Of a DNA stretch of 64,000 nt, positions 35,692 through 44,731 are shown in pieces; position 1 is the first letter of the stretch; the number at the start of each line of letters is the position of its first letter. The stretch is from Myxococcus sp. Its GTDB lineage: Bacteria > Myxococcota > Myxococcia > Myxococcales > Myxococcaceae. The position numbers and the translations under genes are program-made. Where the stretch lies: positions 1,239 through 65,238 of the forward strand of contig JACSRE010000172.1 of NCBI GenBank assembly GCA_014879945.1, given 5' to 3'. The notes under the pieces are model-generated. The model searched no databases and had not been told where the DNA came from. It saw only the letters and a program-made list of their open reading frames with translations.

Positions 35692-36564
35692 GTGGGCGCC
35701 CCCGGCGGATCCGTCTTTGCACGGGGTTCACGCGTGGCGTCACTTCGGGTCATCAGTGTGACGGGGGGCAAGGGGGGCGTCGGCAAGACGCACCTGGTGG
35801 CCAACCTCGGTGTGCTCGCGGTGCAGCGAAGGCTGCGCACGGTGATCATCGACGCCGACGTGGGGCTGGCGAGCGCGCACGTGCTGTTCGGGCTGACGCC
35901 GACCCTGCACGTGGGTGACGTGCTCGACGGCGCCGAGCTCGACGAGGCGCTGATGTCGACCCCGCAGGGCGTGGCGCTGTTGCCGGCGGCCAGCGGGGAG
36001 CGCTCGCTGACGTACCTCTCAGACGAGCAGCGGCAGCTCATGCGGGCGGTCTGGGAGCAGCTCGCCGAGCGCTTCGACGTGGTGTTGATCGACTGCCCGC
36101 CCGGCATCGGCCGCGACGCGCTGTTCTCGGCGTCTGCCGCAGATCGGGTGCTGCTGCTGGCCACCCCCGAGCCCACCAGCCTCCTCGACGCCGCGACGCT
36201 CGCCCACGCGCTGCACCACCACACCGCCATCCGCACCATCGACGTCGTCATCAACGGCGCGCGCTCCGACCGTCAGGGCCAGCTCGCCTTCGGCAAGCTG
36301 CAGGCCTGCTCCGCGCTCGCGCCCACGCCGAAGCTCTCGTACCTGGGCTCGCTGCCCGACGATCACAACATTCGTCGCGCCGCCGCCTTGTCACAGCCGC
36401 TGGTGACGCTCGCGTCGGCCAGTCCGGCGGCGCGGGCCATGGAGCGCCTGGCCACCTCGCTCCTCGACGGGAACACGCCGGAGCACCTGCTGGCCAACTC
36501 GGGGGGCAGCTTGCTCGGGTTCGAGCGCCGGCTGCGCGAAGCCGACGCGCGCCGGGTGGGCTGA
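35692..36564 (+). CDS. MinD/ParA/FlhG-family P-loop ATPase
   Basis: Deviant Walker A VTGGKGGVGKT, Walker B VVLIDCPPG. GTG start at 35692 or 35734. Confidence 0.8.
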   Translation: MGAPGGSVFARGSRVASLRVISVTGGKGGVGKTHLVANLGVLAVQRRLRTVIIDADVGLASAHVLFGLTPTLHVGDVLDGAELDEALMSTPQGVALLPAASGERSLTYLSDEQRQLMRAVWEQLAERFDVVLIDCPPGIGRDALFSASAADRVLLLATPEPTSLLDAATLAHALHHHTAIRTIDVVINGARSDRQGQLAFGKLQACSALAPTPKLSYLGSLPDDHNIRRAAALSQPLVTLASASPAARAMERLATSLLDGNTPEHLLANSGGSLLGFERRLREADARRVG

Positions 36565-36586
36565 TCGAGCGCTTGTGGTGGTCTGC

Positions 36587-37453
36587 TCACTCCGACGTCA
36601 TCGCGCGCGCGCGTTGGGCGACCTCTTCGCTGATGGTGTTGACGGACGCGTCGTCGAGCTTGAGCAGCGCGAGGCCGGCCGCGACCTGGGCGTCAACCTC
36701 GGCGCGGTCCACCGAGCCCACATAGAGGCCGGCGCGCTTGGCCAGGGCGTTCGCCAGCCTCACGCAGTTGCCGACCGACGCGCCCTCGTCTTGCCGAGGC
36801 GCCCCACACTCGGCGATGGCCGCCGCCACCGCGCTCGGCAGCCCCCACTTCCTGGCGAGCGCGACGCCGATGGGCCGGTGAACCCGCTGTACCACCTCGA
36901 GCCAGGCCTCGGGTTCGATCCACGCGCTCTTCGCTGAGATGGCGCTCTTCTCGGCCTCGAGCAGCAGGAACGCCACCACCGGCTTGCCGATGTCGTGCAG
37001 CAGCCCGGCGAGATAGGCGGCCTCGCCCGCTGAGACGTGGCCCAGGTCTGCCAGCTCGCGCGCGAGCAGGGCCACCGCGACGGAGTGCTGCCAGAGGCCG
37101 CGGGTGTGCTCGCCGATTCGGGCGTCTCGGGACTCGAAGAGGCGGTGCGTCGAGATCTCGATCAGCACCTCGCGCAGGGGCTCGGCGCCCAGTCGAGACA
37201 GCGCGTCGGCGAGGGTGTTCACCGCTTCGCCCGGCTGCTGGTCGCTGGCCGCTCGCACCACTCTCGCGGCGACGACGGTGTCGCCCTCGACGAGCGGCGC
37301 CGCCTCTTTCTGTGAGAACGTCGCCTCGCCCACCGCCTTGAGCACGCGCGTCACCACGGTGGGGGGAGCGGGCACCACCAGCGAGTTCTCGGCGATGCGC
37401 TTCACGAGGATCGCCTGCACCTGCTCGCCCAGCTTCGCTGCCACCACCGCCAT
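36587..37453 (-). CDS. HDOD domain signalling protein
   Basis: VVPAPPTVVTRVLKAV..., HSVAVALLARELA and LAGLLHDIGKPVV, characteristic of HDOD. Confidence 0.8.
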   Translation of the reverse strand: MAVVAAKLGEQVQAILVKRIAENSLVVPAPPTVVTRVLKAVGEATFSQKEAAPLVEGDTVVAARVVRAASDQQPGEAVNTLADALSRLGAEPLREVLIEISTHRLFESRDARIGEHTRGLWQHSVAVALLARELADLGHVSAGEAAYLAGLLHDIGKPVVAFLLLEAEKSAISAKSAWIEPEAWLEVVQRVHRPIGVALARKWGLPSAVAAAIAECGAPRQDEGASVGNCVRLANALAKRAGLYVGSVDRAEVDAQVAAGLALLKLDDASVNTISEEVAQRARAMTSE

Positions 37454-37604
37454 GCCGCGACCTCTGCGCCCACCCGTCGACGTGACGCGGTCCGGTGCGC
37501 TGCCCGTTCTGGGAGCAAGCCCTGTGCCCCGGGGCCGTCGCGGTTGCGCCTGCTTGTGGCGACAGAAGTCTGACGTGGGGCGCGCGTGCTACGAAGGCCT
37601 GACG

Positions 37605-38468
37605 ATGACCCTGCTCGAGACGGCCAACCGCACGATGCGCAGAATCCTCCGGGCGCAGGGCGTCGAGAGCGAGGTGCACCGCGTTCGAGGGCACCAGGTG
37701 CACGCCTACCGCCTCGAGGGGCAGGGCCTGGGCCCGCCGCTGTTGTTGGTGCACGGCCTGGGCAGCTCGGCGAACGCCTACTGGCGAACGCTCAGGCCGC
37801 TGGCGCACCACTTCCGCCGCATCTGGGCGCTCGACGTGCCCGGCAACGGGTTCTCTCCGACGCCCTCGACTGGGCCGCTGCCCTGGCGCGAGCAGCTCGA
37901 CACCGTTCGCTCGTTCCTCGAAGACGTGGTGCGCGAGCCGGTGTTCCTCATCGGCAACTCGCTCGGCGGCGCCATGAGCCTGTACCTGGCCCACGAGACG
38001 CCGGCGGCGGTGCGGGCCCTCGGCCTCATCTCTCCGGCGGGCGCGCGCCTCGAAGATCAGCGCTTCAAGGACCTGGTCAACAGCTTCGACGTCAACACCC
38101 TGGCCGAGGCGCGCGCGATGACGAAGCGGCTGTTCGCTCGCCCCCCGCTGCCCCTGCTGCTGCTGGCCGGCGAGATGCGCAACCTCTACGCGAACCCCAC
38201 CGTCAAGAGCCTCATTCGCGAGGTCAAACCCGCCGACGCCGTGAGCGAGTCGATGCTCGCGGGGCTGCCGATGCCCACGCTCCTCATCTGGGGAACGAAA
38301 GAGAAGCTCCTCCCGCCCGAAGGGCTGGCGTACTTCCGCGCACACCTGCCGAAGCACGCCGAGATCCACGAAGTCGAGGGCTTTGGGCACATGCCGCAGA
38401 TGGAGAACCCCCGCCCGTTGGTCCGCCGCATCATCGACTTCGCCCGGGCGCGCAGCCTGGCGGGCTGA
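37605..38468 (+). CDS. Alpha/beta-fold hydrolase
   Basis: ATG 37605 inside listed ORF 37104-38468. LLLVHGLGSS, nucleophile elbow GNSLGG, C-terminal GFGHMPQ. Confidence 0.85.
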   Translation: MTLLETANRTMRRILRAQGVESEVHRVRGHQVHAYRLEGQGLGPPLLLVHGLGSSANAYWRTLRPLAHHFRRIWALDVPGNGFSPTPSTGPLPWREQLDTVRSFLEDVVREPVFLIGNSLGGAMSLYLAHETPAAVRALGLISPAGARLEDQRFKDLVNSFDVNTLAEARAMTKRLFARPPLPLLLLAGEMRNLYANPTVKSLIREVKPADAVSESMLAGLPMPTLLIWGTKEKLLPPEGLAYFRAHLPKHAEIHEVEGFGHMPQMENPRPLVRRIIDFARARSLAG

Positions 38469-38501
38469 ATTCCGCGCAGCTTCCCGATTACACTCCACCC
38501 C

Positions 38502-39812
38502 ATGCGTCGTCTCGTCGTCGCGTGGTGCCTGAGCGTCTCGTTCTCTGCAGAGGCTGGGGCGCCGGCCTCGAAGTCGGAAGACACCTACCGGCAGCTCGAG
38601 CTGTTCGCGCGGGTGCTGTCGTACGTGCAGAACAACTACGTCGAGACCGTCGACGAGCAGCAGCTCATGCAGGGCGCCATCAAGGGCATGCTCGAGACGC
38701 TCGATCCCCACACCGTCTACATGCCCCCCGACGTCTTCAAAGAGATGAAGATCGACACCTCGGGCGAGTTCGGCGGCCTGGGCATCGAGATCGCGCGCCG
38801 CAACGATCTGATGATCGTGGTCGCGCCCATCGACGACACCCCGGCCCAGCGCGCGGGCATCAAGTCGGGCGACCAGCTGCTGAAGATCGACGACGAGCCC
38901 ACCCGCTCGATGGAGCTGGCGCGCGCCATTCAGAAGATGCGCGGCCCGGCGGGCAAGAAGGTGATGCTCACCATCATGCGCGAGGGCTTCAGCGCGCCGC
39001 GCGAGTTCGCGATCATTCGAGACCACATCCGCATCGCCTCGGTCGAGAGCGCGCTCTACGGCGGCATCGGCTACGTGAAGGTGAAGAACTTCCAGGAGCG
39101 CACCGACGCCTCGCTCTTCAAGGAGCTCGAGAAGCTGCGCGCGCAGAACGGCGCCCGGGAGCTGCGCGGGCTCGTCATCGACCTGCGCAACAACCCGGGC
39201 GGCCTGCTCGACCAGGCCGTCGCCATCGCCGATCGGTTCCTGCCCGGGGGCCTGGCCATCGTCTCGACGCGCGGCCGCGACGGCGCGCAGGCGACCGAGG
39301 AGCGCGCGAAGGACCGCGACACCGAGAAGCCGTACCCCATCGTGGTGCTGGTCAACGCGGGCTCGGCGTCGGCCAGCGAGATCGTCGCCGGCGCCCTGCA
39401 GGACCACAAGCGCGCGGTGCTGATGGGCGTGCCCACCTTCGGCAAGGGCAGCGTGCAGACCGTCATCGAGATGGAGGACGGCTCGGGCCTGAAGCTGACC
39501 ATCGCCCGCTACTTCACGCCCTCTGGCCGCTCGATTCAGGAGCGCGGCATCCTCCCCGACTTCCTCGTCGGTGAGTCGGAAGGGGTGCTGACGAAGACCG
39601 AGACGCTGCGCGAGAAGGACCTCAAGCGGCACTTCCGCGGTGAGGCCGACGGCCCCGACGTCGCGGGCCTCAAGCCGTCGCTCCCTGGCAACCTCAAGCC
39701 GTGGGACGTCACCGAGAAGCTGACCGACTACCAGCTCAAGACCGCGCTCAACTACCTCAACGGCTCCATCGGCAGCGCCGGCAAGAACACCGCGCGCGCC
39801 GCGCCGCCCTGA
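38502..39812 (+). CDS. Carboxy-terminal processing protease (peptidase S41A)
   Basis: Signal sequence, PDZ (GEFGGLGIEI), S41 catalytic region VLVNAGSASASEIVAGALQD...GVPTFGKGSVQ. Confidence 0.9.
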   Translation: MRRLVVAWCLSVSFSAEAGAPASKSEDTYRQLELFARVLSYVQNNYVETVDEQQLMQGAIKGMLETLDPHTVYMPPDVFKEMKIDTSGEFGGLGIEIARRNDLMIVVAPIDDTPAQRAGIKSGDQLLKIDDEPTRSMELARAIQKMRGPAGKKVMLTIMREGFSAPREFAIIRDHIRIASVESALYGGIGYVKVKNFQERTDASLFKELEKLRAQNGARELRGLVIDLRNNPGGLLDQAVAIADRFLPGGLAIVSTRGRDGAQATEERAKDRDTEKPYPIVVLVNAGSASASEIVAGALQDHKRAVLMGVPTFGKGSVQTVIEMEDGSGLKLTIARYFTPSGRSIQERGILPDFLVGESEGVLTKTETLREKDLKRHFRGEADGPDVAGLKPSLPGNLKPWDVTEKLTDYQLKTALNYLNGSIGSAGKNTARAAPP

Positions 39813-39861
39813 GCGAAGTCGACCCGGGCAATCGGCGTGTTCGTGCTACGTCGCTGGCCCC

Positions 39862-40764
39862 GTGGCTGGTGAAATCAAAGAGATCCTCAAGTCGCTGGCG
39901 GTGAACGTCAGCATCGCGACCGCCAAGGGCGTGGCGGCCTTCTTCACGGGCTCCGGCACCATGCTGGCCGAGGCCATTCACTCGAGCGCCGACTGCATCA
40001 ACCAGGTGCTGTTGTTGATCGGGGTGACGAGAGCGAAGAAGCCGCCCGACGAGAAGTTCCCGCTCGGCTACGGCCGGTCGGTCTACTTCTGGAGCTTCAT
40101 CGTGGCGCTGCTCCTCTTCTCGGGCGGCGGCGTCTTCAGCGTCTACGAGGGCGTGCACAAGCTCGATCACCCGGAGCCCGTCGATCACGTCGGCTGGGGC
40201 TTCGCCATTCTCGGGTTCTCGCTGGTGCTCGAGGGCTGGGCCACCTGGGGCAACCTGGTCGAGATGAAGAAGCGCCGCGGCTCGGTGGGCCTGTTCACCT
40301 ACCTGCGCGACACCAAGGACTCGGATCTGGTGGTGCTCTTCGGCGAGAACGCGGCCGCGGTGCTCGGGCTCGTCTTCGCCATCGGCGCGCTCGGGCTGGC
40401 CGTGGTGACGGGCGACCCCCGCTGGGACTCGGTGGGCAGCCTGCTCATCGGCCTGGTGCTGATCGGCGTCGCCATCTTCCTCGGGCGCGAGGTGATGTCG
40501 CTGTTGCTGGGGGAGCGGGCAGACCCGCAGATCGAGCTCATCGTCAAAGAGGTCGCCACCACGCAGCCCAACATCTTGCGCCTCATTCGCGTGCTCACGG
40601 TGCAGCAGGGGCCCGGAGAGGTGATGGTCGCCTGCAAGGTGCACCTCGTCGACGGCCTCGACACCCGCGGCGTGGTCGAGACCATCGACACCTTCGAGAA
40701 GGCGATTCACGCACGGGTGCCCGACATTCGCTGGCTCTTCGTCGAGCCCGACGACGACGATTGA
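39862..40764 (+). CDS. Cation diffusion facilitator (CDF) family transporter
   Basis: GTG start. TM2 motif LAEAIHSSADCINQ, six TM segments, C-terminal cytoplasmic domain. Confidence 0.85.
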   Translation: MAGEIKEILKSLAVNVSIATAKGVAAFFTGSGTMLAEAIHSSADCINQVLLLIGVTRAKKPPDEKFPLGYGRSVYFWSFIVALLLFSGGGVFSVYEGVHKLDHPEPVDHVGWGFAILGFSLVLEGWATWGNLVEMKKRRGSVGLFTYLRDTKDSDLVVLFGENAAAVLGLVFAIGALGLAVVTGDPRWDSVGSLLIGLVLIGVAIFLGREVMSLLLGERADPQIELIVKEVATTQPNILRLIRVLTVQQGPGEVMVACKVHLVDGLDTRGVVETIDTFEKAIHARVPDIRWLFVEPDDDD

Positions 40765-40814
40765 ACGGGGCTTTGGTGCTAGCGGAAACCCCCGTCCTGA
40801 GGAACCATGGCGCC

Positions 40815-42764
40815 ATGCGCCGGCCGGGACCGTTCTCGAGAGCGTTGATCGCTGCGCTGGTCGGGGGCGTCTGTGCCGGCCCTGCCGCCGCGAGGCCGCT
40901 GGTGCTGCCGACGCAGGTGGTGGCCGCCTCGAGCGGCGCGCGCCTGGCCGTGGTGGTGGTGCCGCTCGACGCGCCCTCGCGCGCCACCCAGGGCCTGCTC
41001 GAGGCCCTCGCCGAAGACGCGGCGCGCGCCTCGGGCCGCTTCGAGGTCGTCGCCGTCGCCGACGCGTTCGACCCCCAGGCCGCCAGCGAGCGGGCCGCGA
41101 AGGTCGAGGCCGCCGCAGCGCGGGTGGCGGCCGGCCAGGCGGCCCTGGGCGAGCTCGACACCGCCAAGGGCGTCGAGGCGTTCGGCGAAGCCGTCAAGCA
41201 GCTCAAAGAGACCGACACCGGCCGCACCTTCGACGAGCTGGCGAGGGCCTGGGTGATGAAGGCGGCCAGCCACGCCATGGGCGGCGAGGTCCCGCCGGCC
41301 CGACAGGAGATCGAGCGCATCGTCGCGGTGCAGTCGGCGGCCGAGTTCAACGCCGAGTTCTTCCCCCCCGAGCTCCTCAAGTTCGTGGAGCAGCAGCGCA
41401 AGCTGGCCCACAACGCCAAGGGGGAGCTCACCGTGCGCACCGAGCCGGCCGGCGCCACCGTGTGGGTCAACGGGCAGCGCCGGGGGCAGAGCCCGGTCAC
41501 CGTCGCGGGGCTGCTGGGGAGCCGTCACCTGGTGGCGGCGTCACTGGGAGGGCACGCGCTCGCCCTCGCCGAGCTGCCCCCAGGCGAGGCGACCCTCGAC
41601 CTCAAGCCGGCGGCGCTCAGGCCCGCGCTGGTGAAGGCCATCGACCTGGTCTCGAAGGCGCCGAAGGGGCCCACGCGCGACCAGGCGCTGACGGCCCTGG
41701 GGAAGACGCTCAAGGTCGACCAGGTGCTGGCCTTCCTGGTGAAGAAGAGCCCGGTGGGCGAGCAGTCAGAGGTGACGGCGCTCCGCCTCGAGGTGCTCGA
41801 CGGCCACAACGCGGCGTGGGCCACCGCGACGCTGCCCCTGGGCACCGGCAGCGACGCCAGCAGGGCCTTCGTCGACTCCTTGTTGGCCGCCGACGCGCCG
41901 CGGAACGGAAAGGCGCCGCTCACGCACTTCGAGGGCGACGCCTCGGGCGGCTCCGGCAAGAAGGTCGTCGGCATCGCGCTGCTCGGCGTCGCCGCAGGGC
42001 TGGTGGTGGCCGGCATCGCCACCGGCGCCATCGGCCAGGACCGCTACACCCAGTTCCGCGCCACGCCGCAGGTGCAGGCCGGCATCTCGCAGGGCCTGGC
42101 CAACGAGGCGCGCGCCTATGGAGGCGTCTCGCTGGCGACGTTGATCGGCGCCGGCGCCGCCGCGGGCGTGGGCACGTTCCTGCTCGTCTCCAGCGCAAGC
42201 CCGGGCGCGCCGGCCGAAGAGCCCGAGAAGAAGCCCGCTGGAAAGCGCGACGGTCGCGCCTCGAAGGACGCGCCGCGCAAGGAGCCGCAGAGGCCCGTCG
42301 AGCCGACGAAAGAGGAGCCGAAGAAAGAAGAACCGAAGAAAGAAGAACCGAAGAAGGAGGAGCCGGCCCGGGTGGAAGAGCCGCCGAAGAAGGAGGAGCC
42401 CGCCAGGGTCGACCCGAAGGAAGAGAAGCGCCGCAAGGCCGAAGAGGCGAAGGAGGCCGCGCGCTTGAAGCAGGAAGAGGCGGCGCGCCTGAAGGAGGAG
42501 GCCGAGGCCCGGAAGAAGGCCGACGCCGACGAGAAGAAGGCCAGAGCCGACGAAGCCCGCCGCGCCGAAGAGGAGCGCAAGAAGCAGGAGGCCGAGGCCA
42601 GGGCCGCGAAGAAGGCGGCCGAGGCGAAGAAGAAGGCCGATGACGAGGCTGCCGCGAAGGCCGAGGCCGAGCGCAAGCTCAAGGAAGAGGAAGACCGCAA
42701 GCGCAAGGCGGCCGAAGAGAAGAAGAAGAAGGAAGAGGACCACGACGACTTGCGGAACTACTGA
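40815..42764 (+). CDS. PEGA-domain membrane protein with Lys/Glu/Ala-rich C-terminal tail
   Basis: Signal peptide from ATG 40815. PEGA motif LTVRTEPAGATVWVNGQRRGQSPVTV. TM VVGIALLGVAAGLVVAGIATGAI. ~190-aa charged tail (KEEPKKEEPKKEEPKKEEP, EEAKEAARLKQEEAARLKEEAEARKKA). Confidence 0.75.
   Translation: MRRPGPFSRALIAALVGGVCAGPAAARPLVLPTQVVAASSGARLAVVVVPLDAPSRATQGLLEALAEDAARASGRFEVVAVADAFDPQAASERAAKVEAAAARVAAGQAALGELDTAKGVEAFGEAVKQLKETDTGRTFDELARAWVMKAASHAMGGEVPPARQEIERIVAVQSAAEFNAEFFPPELLKFVEQQRKLAHNAKGELTVRTEPAGATVWVNGQRRGQSPVTVAGLLGSRHLVAASLGGHALALAELPPGEATLDLKPAALRPALVKAIDLVSKAPKGPTRDQALTALGKTLKVDQVLAFLVKKSPVGEQSEVTALRLEVLDGHNAAWATATLPLGTGSDASRAFVDSLLAADAPRNGKAPLTHFEGDASGGSGKKVVGIALLGVAAGLVVAGIATGAIGQDRYTQFRATPQVQAGISQGLANEARAYGGVSLATLIGAGAAAGVGTFLLVSSASPGAPAEEPEKKPAGKRDGRASKDAPRKEPQRPVEPTKEEPKKEEPKKEEPKKEEPARVEEPPKKEEPARVDPKEEKRRKAEEAKEAARLKQEEAARLKEEAEARKKADADEKKARADEARRAEEERKKQEAEARAAKKAAEAKKKADDEAAAKAEAERKLKEEEDRKRKAAEEKKKKEEDHDDLRNY
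42309..42368 (+). repeat. 15-bp tandem repeat x4 encoding (K)KEEP units
   Basis: aaagaggagccgaag / aaagaagaaccgaag / aaagaagaaccgaag / aaggaggagccggcc, read directly. In frame within the PEGA-protein tail. Confidence 0.8.
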
Positions 42765-42780
42765 CGCTCCGCCGTGGCCC

Positions 42781-42798
42781 CCGGCCCGCGCGGGCCGG
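42781..42798 (+). terminator. GC-rich perfect hairpin 17 nt after the PEGA-gene stop (candidate intrinsic terminator, no U-tract)
   Basis: CCGGCCC-GCGC-GGGCCGG (7-bp stem, 4-nt loop) followed by AAATTCG. Confidence 0.4.
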
Positions 42799-42863
42799 AA
42801 ATTCGACATCGCGACACAGGCCTGTAGCGTGTAATGCCGCGCGCTCTTTCGGAGATCACCGGT

Positions 42864-42879
42864 TGGCACTCCGGCTGCT
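42864..42879 (+). promoter_or_regulatory. Sigma-54-like -24/-12 element upstream of ddl
   Basis: TGGCAC-tccgg-CTGCT. GG and GC are 12 nt apart, as in the consensus TGGCAC-N5-TTGC. About 48 nt upstream of the ddl ATG. Confidence 0.35.
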
Positions 42880-42926
42880 CTCTCCGGCGGAGCGCCGCGA
42901 CACGGCGCGGCACGGAGGCCACACTG

Positions 42927-43910
42927 ATGACTGAGCAGGCGACCAGGCGAATCGGCGTTCTCATGGGCGGTTGGGGCGAAGAGCGAGACGTCTCGATGAA
43001 GACGGGTGAGGCGCTCGCGCTCGCGCTCGAGGCCAACGGCCACCAGGTCGCGCGCCTCTTCGCCGGGCCGGGCCTCGACACCACGCTGCGTGAGGCCGCC
43101 ATCGACGTGGCCTTCCTCGCGCTCCACGGGCGCATGGGCGAAGACGGGCGCGTGCAGGGCCTGCTCGAGGTGATGGGCATTCCGTACACCGGCTCGGGCG
43201 TGCTCGGGTCGGCGCTCGCGATGAACAAGGGCGTCGCCAAGAAGCTCTTCCGCCAGCACAACCTGGCCACCCCGACCGGCTACGTGGTGCCGGCCGCGCG
43301 CCTGGCTGAGGTGCCTGCGCTGCACGCCGACCTCGGCTTCCCCTGCGTGGTGAAGCCCGCCAGCAGCGGCTCGTCGGTCGGCCTCACCCTGGTGCACACC
43401 CGGCAGCAGCTCGAGCCCGCCATCGCGCTGGCCTGTCGCTTCGGCGGCGAGGCCCTGGTGGAGCGCTACGTGAAGGGCCGCGAGGTGACCGTCGCGCTCC
43501 TCGACGGCGTGGTGCTCGGCAGCTGCGAGGTGGCCCACGAGGCCTCGCTGTTCGACACCACCACCAAGTACGACGGCGGGGCGACGTACCACCTGCCGCC
43601 GCGCCTGCCCGCCACCCGCGTCGCCAACATCGAGCAGATGGCGCTGACGGCCGCGCGCGCGCTCGGCACCCGTGGCGCGGTGCGCGTCGACTTCATCGTG
43701 CCCGAGGTGGGCAACGAGGTGGTGCTCGAGGTCAACACGCTCCCGGGCATGACGCGGACCAGCCTCTTCCCGAAGATCGCCAGGGCCGCGGGCCTCTCCT
43801 TCGAAGCGCTGGTCGAGCGAATCCTGAAGGGCGCCACGCTCGAGGGCGGCCAGCTGCACGAGGCGCCGGTCGTCGAGCCCCGCCCGATGGTCGAGGCGCA
43901 CGCCAGCTGA
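42927..43910 (+). CDS. ddl: D-alanine--D-alanine ligase
   Basis: ATG 42927 with GGAGG 9 nt upstream. IGVLMGGWGEERDVS, ALHGRMGEDGRVQGLLE, VVKPASSGSSVG, EVNTLPGMT. Confidence 0.93.
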   Translation: MTEQATRRIGVLMGGWGEERDVSMKTGEALALALEANGHQVARLFAGPGLDTTLREAAIDVAFLALHGRMGEDGRVQGLLEVMGIPYTGSGVLGSALAMNKGVAKKLFRQHNLATPTGYVVPAARLAEVPALHADLGFPCVVKPASSGSSVGLTLVHTRQQLEPAIALACRFGGEALVERYVKGREVTVALLDGVVLGSCEVAHEASLFDTTTKYDGGATYHLPPRLPATRVANIEQMALTAARALGTRGAVRVDFIVPEVGNEVVLEVNTLPGMTRTSLFPKIARAAGLSFEALVERILKGATLEGGQLHEAPVVEPRPMVEAHAS

Positions 43911-43989
43911 CGTCTGGGGCTGCACGCTTCGCCGCGTGGCGGCATCACCGCCTTGAAGTCACACCTGCTTCGAGGCCTACGATAGCCCC

Positions 43990-44604
43990 ATGCTCACCGC
44001 CGCCCTGCTGACCCTGGCCCTCGGGGCCGAGCCGCTTCACCTCTCGCCGGGCACGCAGCAGGTGCTCAAGGTGCCGGGCGTCACCCGGGTCGCCGTCGGC
44101 CAGGAGCAGGTCGCCGACGTGCGCGCCACGGGCAAGGGCGAGCTCCTCGTCACCGCCAACCAGGTCGGCCGCACCTCGCTCACGCTGTGGACGACCCACG
44201 GCATGCAGACCCGCACGGTGATCGTCGATGACGGGAAGCGCTCCGAGATGCAGCGCATGGTGCACGAGCTGGTCAGCCCGGCCCTGCGCGTCGAGACGTA
44301 CAACGGCGTGACGGTGATCGACGGTCAGCTCGACTCGATGGACGAGCTGCGCCGCCTCACCCGCCTGATCGGCGACGACGCCAACGTGCGCATCCTCGCG
44401 ACCGTCGACCCGCGCGTGATGCCCGCCGTCGCCGCGAACATCTCGGCGGCCTTCCAGAAGCAGGGCCTCACCTCGGCCCGCGCCGTCTCGTACGGCGGCA
44501 AGATCGTGCTCGAGGGCTCGGTCGCCGACGAGCGCGAGCTCCACAAGGCCCTGTTGATCGCCAACACCTACGCCAGCGCCGTCACGCCCAACTTCGGCCG
44601 CTGA
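43990..44604 (+). CDS. Secreted protein with CpaC/secretin-type pilus N-terminal domain and BON-like domains (no secretin core)
   Basis: Short signal. LHLSPGTQQVLKVPGVTRVAVGQEQVADVRATGKGELLVTANQVGRTSLTLW resembles the pilus-formation N-terminal region. Two (V/I)xxDG/EG...L BON-like segments. Confidence 0.7.
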   Translation: MLTAALLTLALGAEPLHLSPGTQQVLKVPGVTRVAVGQEQVADVRATGKGELLVTANQVGRTSLTLWTTHGMQTRTVIVDDGKRSEMQRMVHELVSPALRVETYNGVTVIDGQLDSMDELRRLTRLIGDDANVRILATVDPRVMPAVAANISAAFQKQGLTSARAVSYGGKIVLEGSVADERELHKALLIANTYASAVTPNFGR

Positions 44605-44636
44605 GCGCGGAGCGTCGATCGGCTGCAACGAACGCT

Positions 44637-44665
44637 TTGACACGACGAGCCATCCTCCCTAGAAC
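44637..44665 (+). promoter_or_regulatory. Candidate sigma-70-type promoter for the GT2 synthase gene
   Basis: TTGACA (44637-44642), 17-nt spacer, TAGAAC (44660-44665). About 65 nt upstream of ATG 44732. Confidence 0.3.
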
Positions 44666-44731
44666 GGCTCATCCTTGAGCCCGGGAGGGGGTTTCTCTGT
44701 TATTCCGGGCGGTTGCGAGGCCGTGAGCGCG

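Noticed and set aside
36693-39632. 979-aa ORF on the minus strand
   Set aside because: It spans the HDOD gene in another frame and is antisense to the hydrolase and Ctp protease genes. It has no motifs and an Arg/Gly/Glu/His-rich composition.
41766-43925. 719-aa ORF on the minus strand
   Set aside because: It lies antisense to the PEGA-protein tail and ddl, and has a low-complexity composition.
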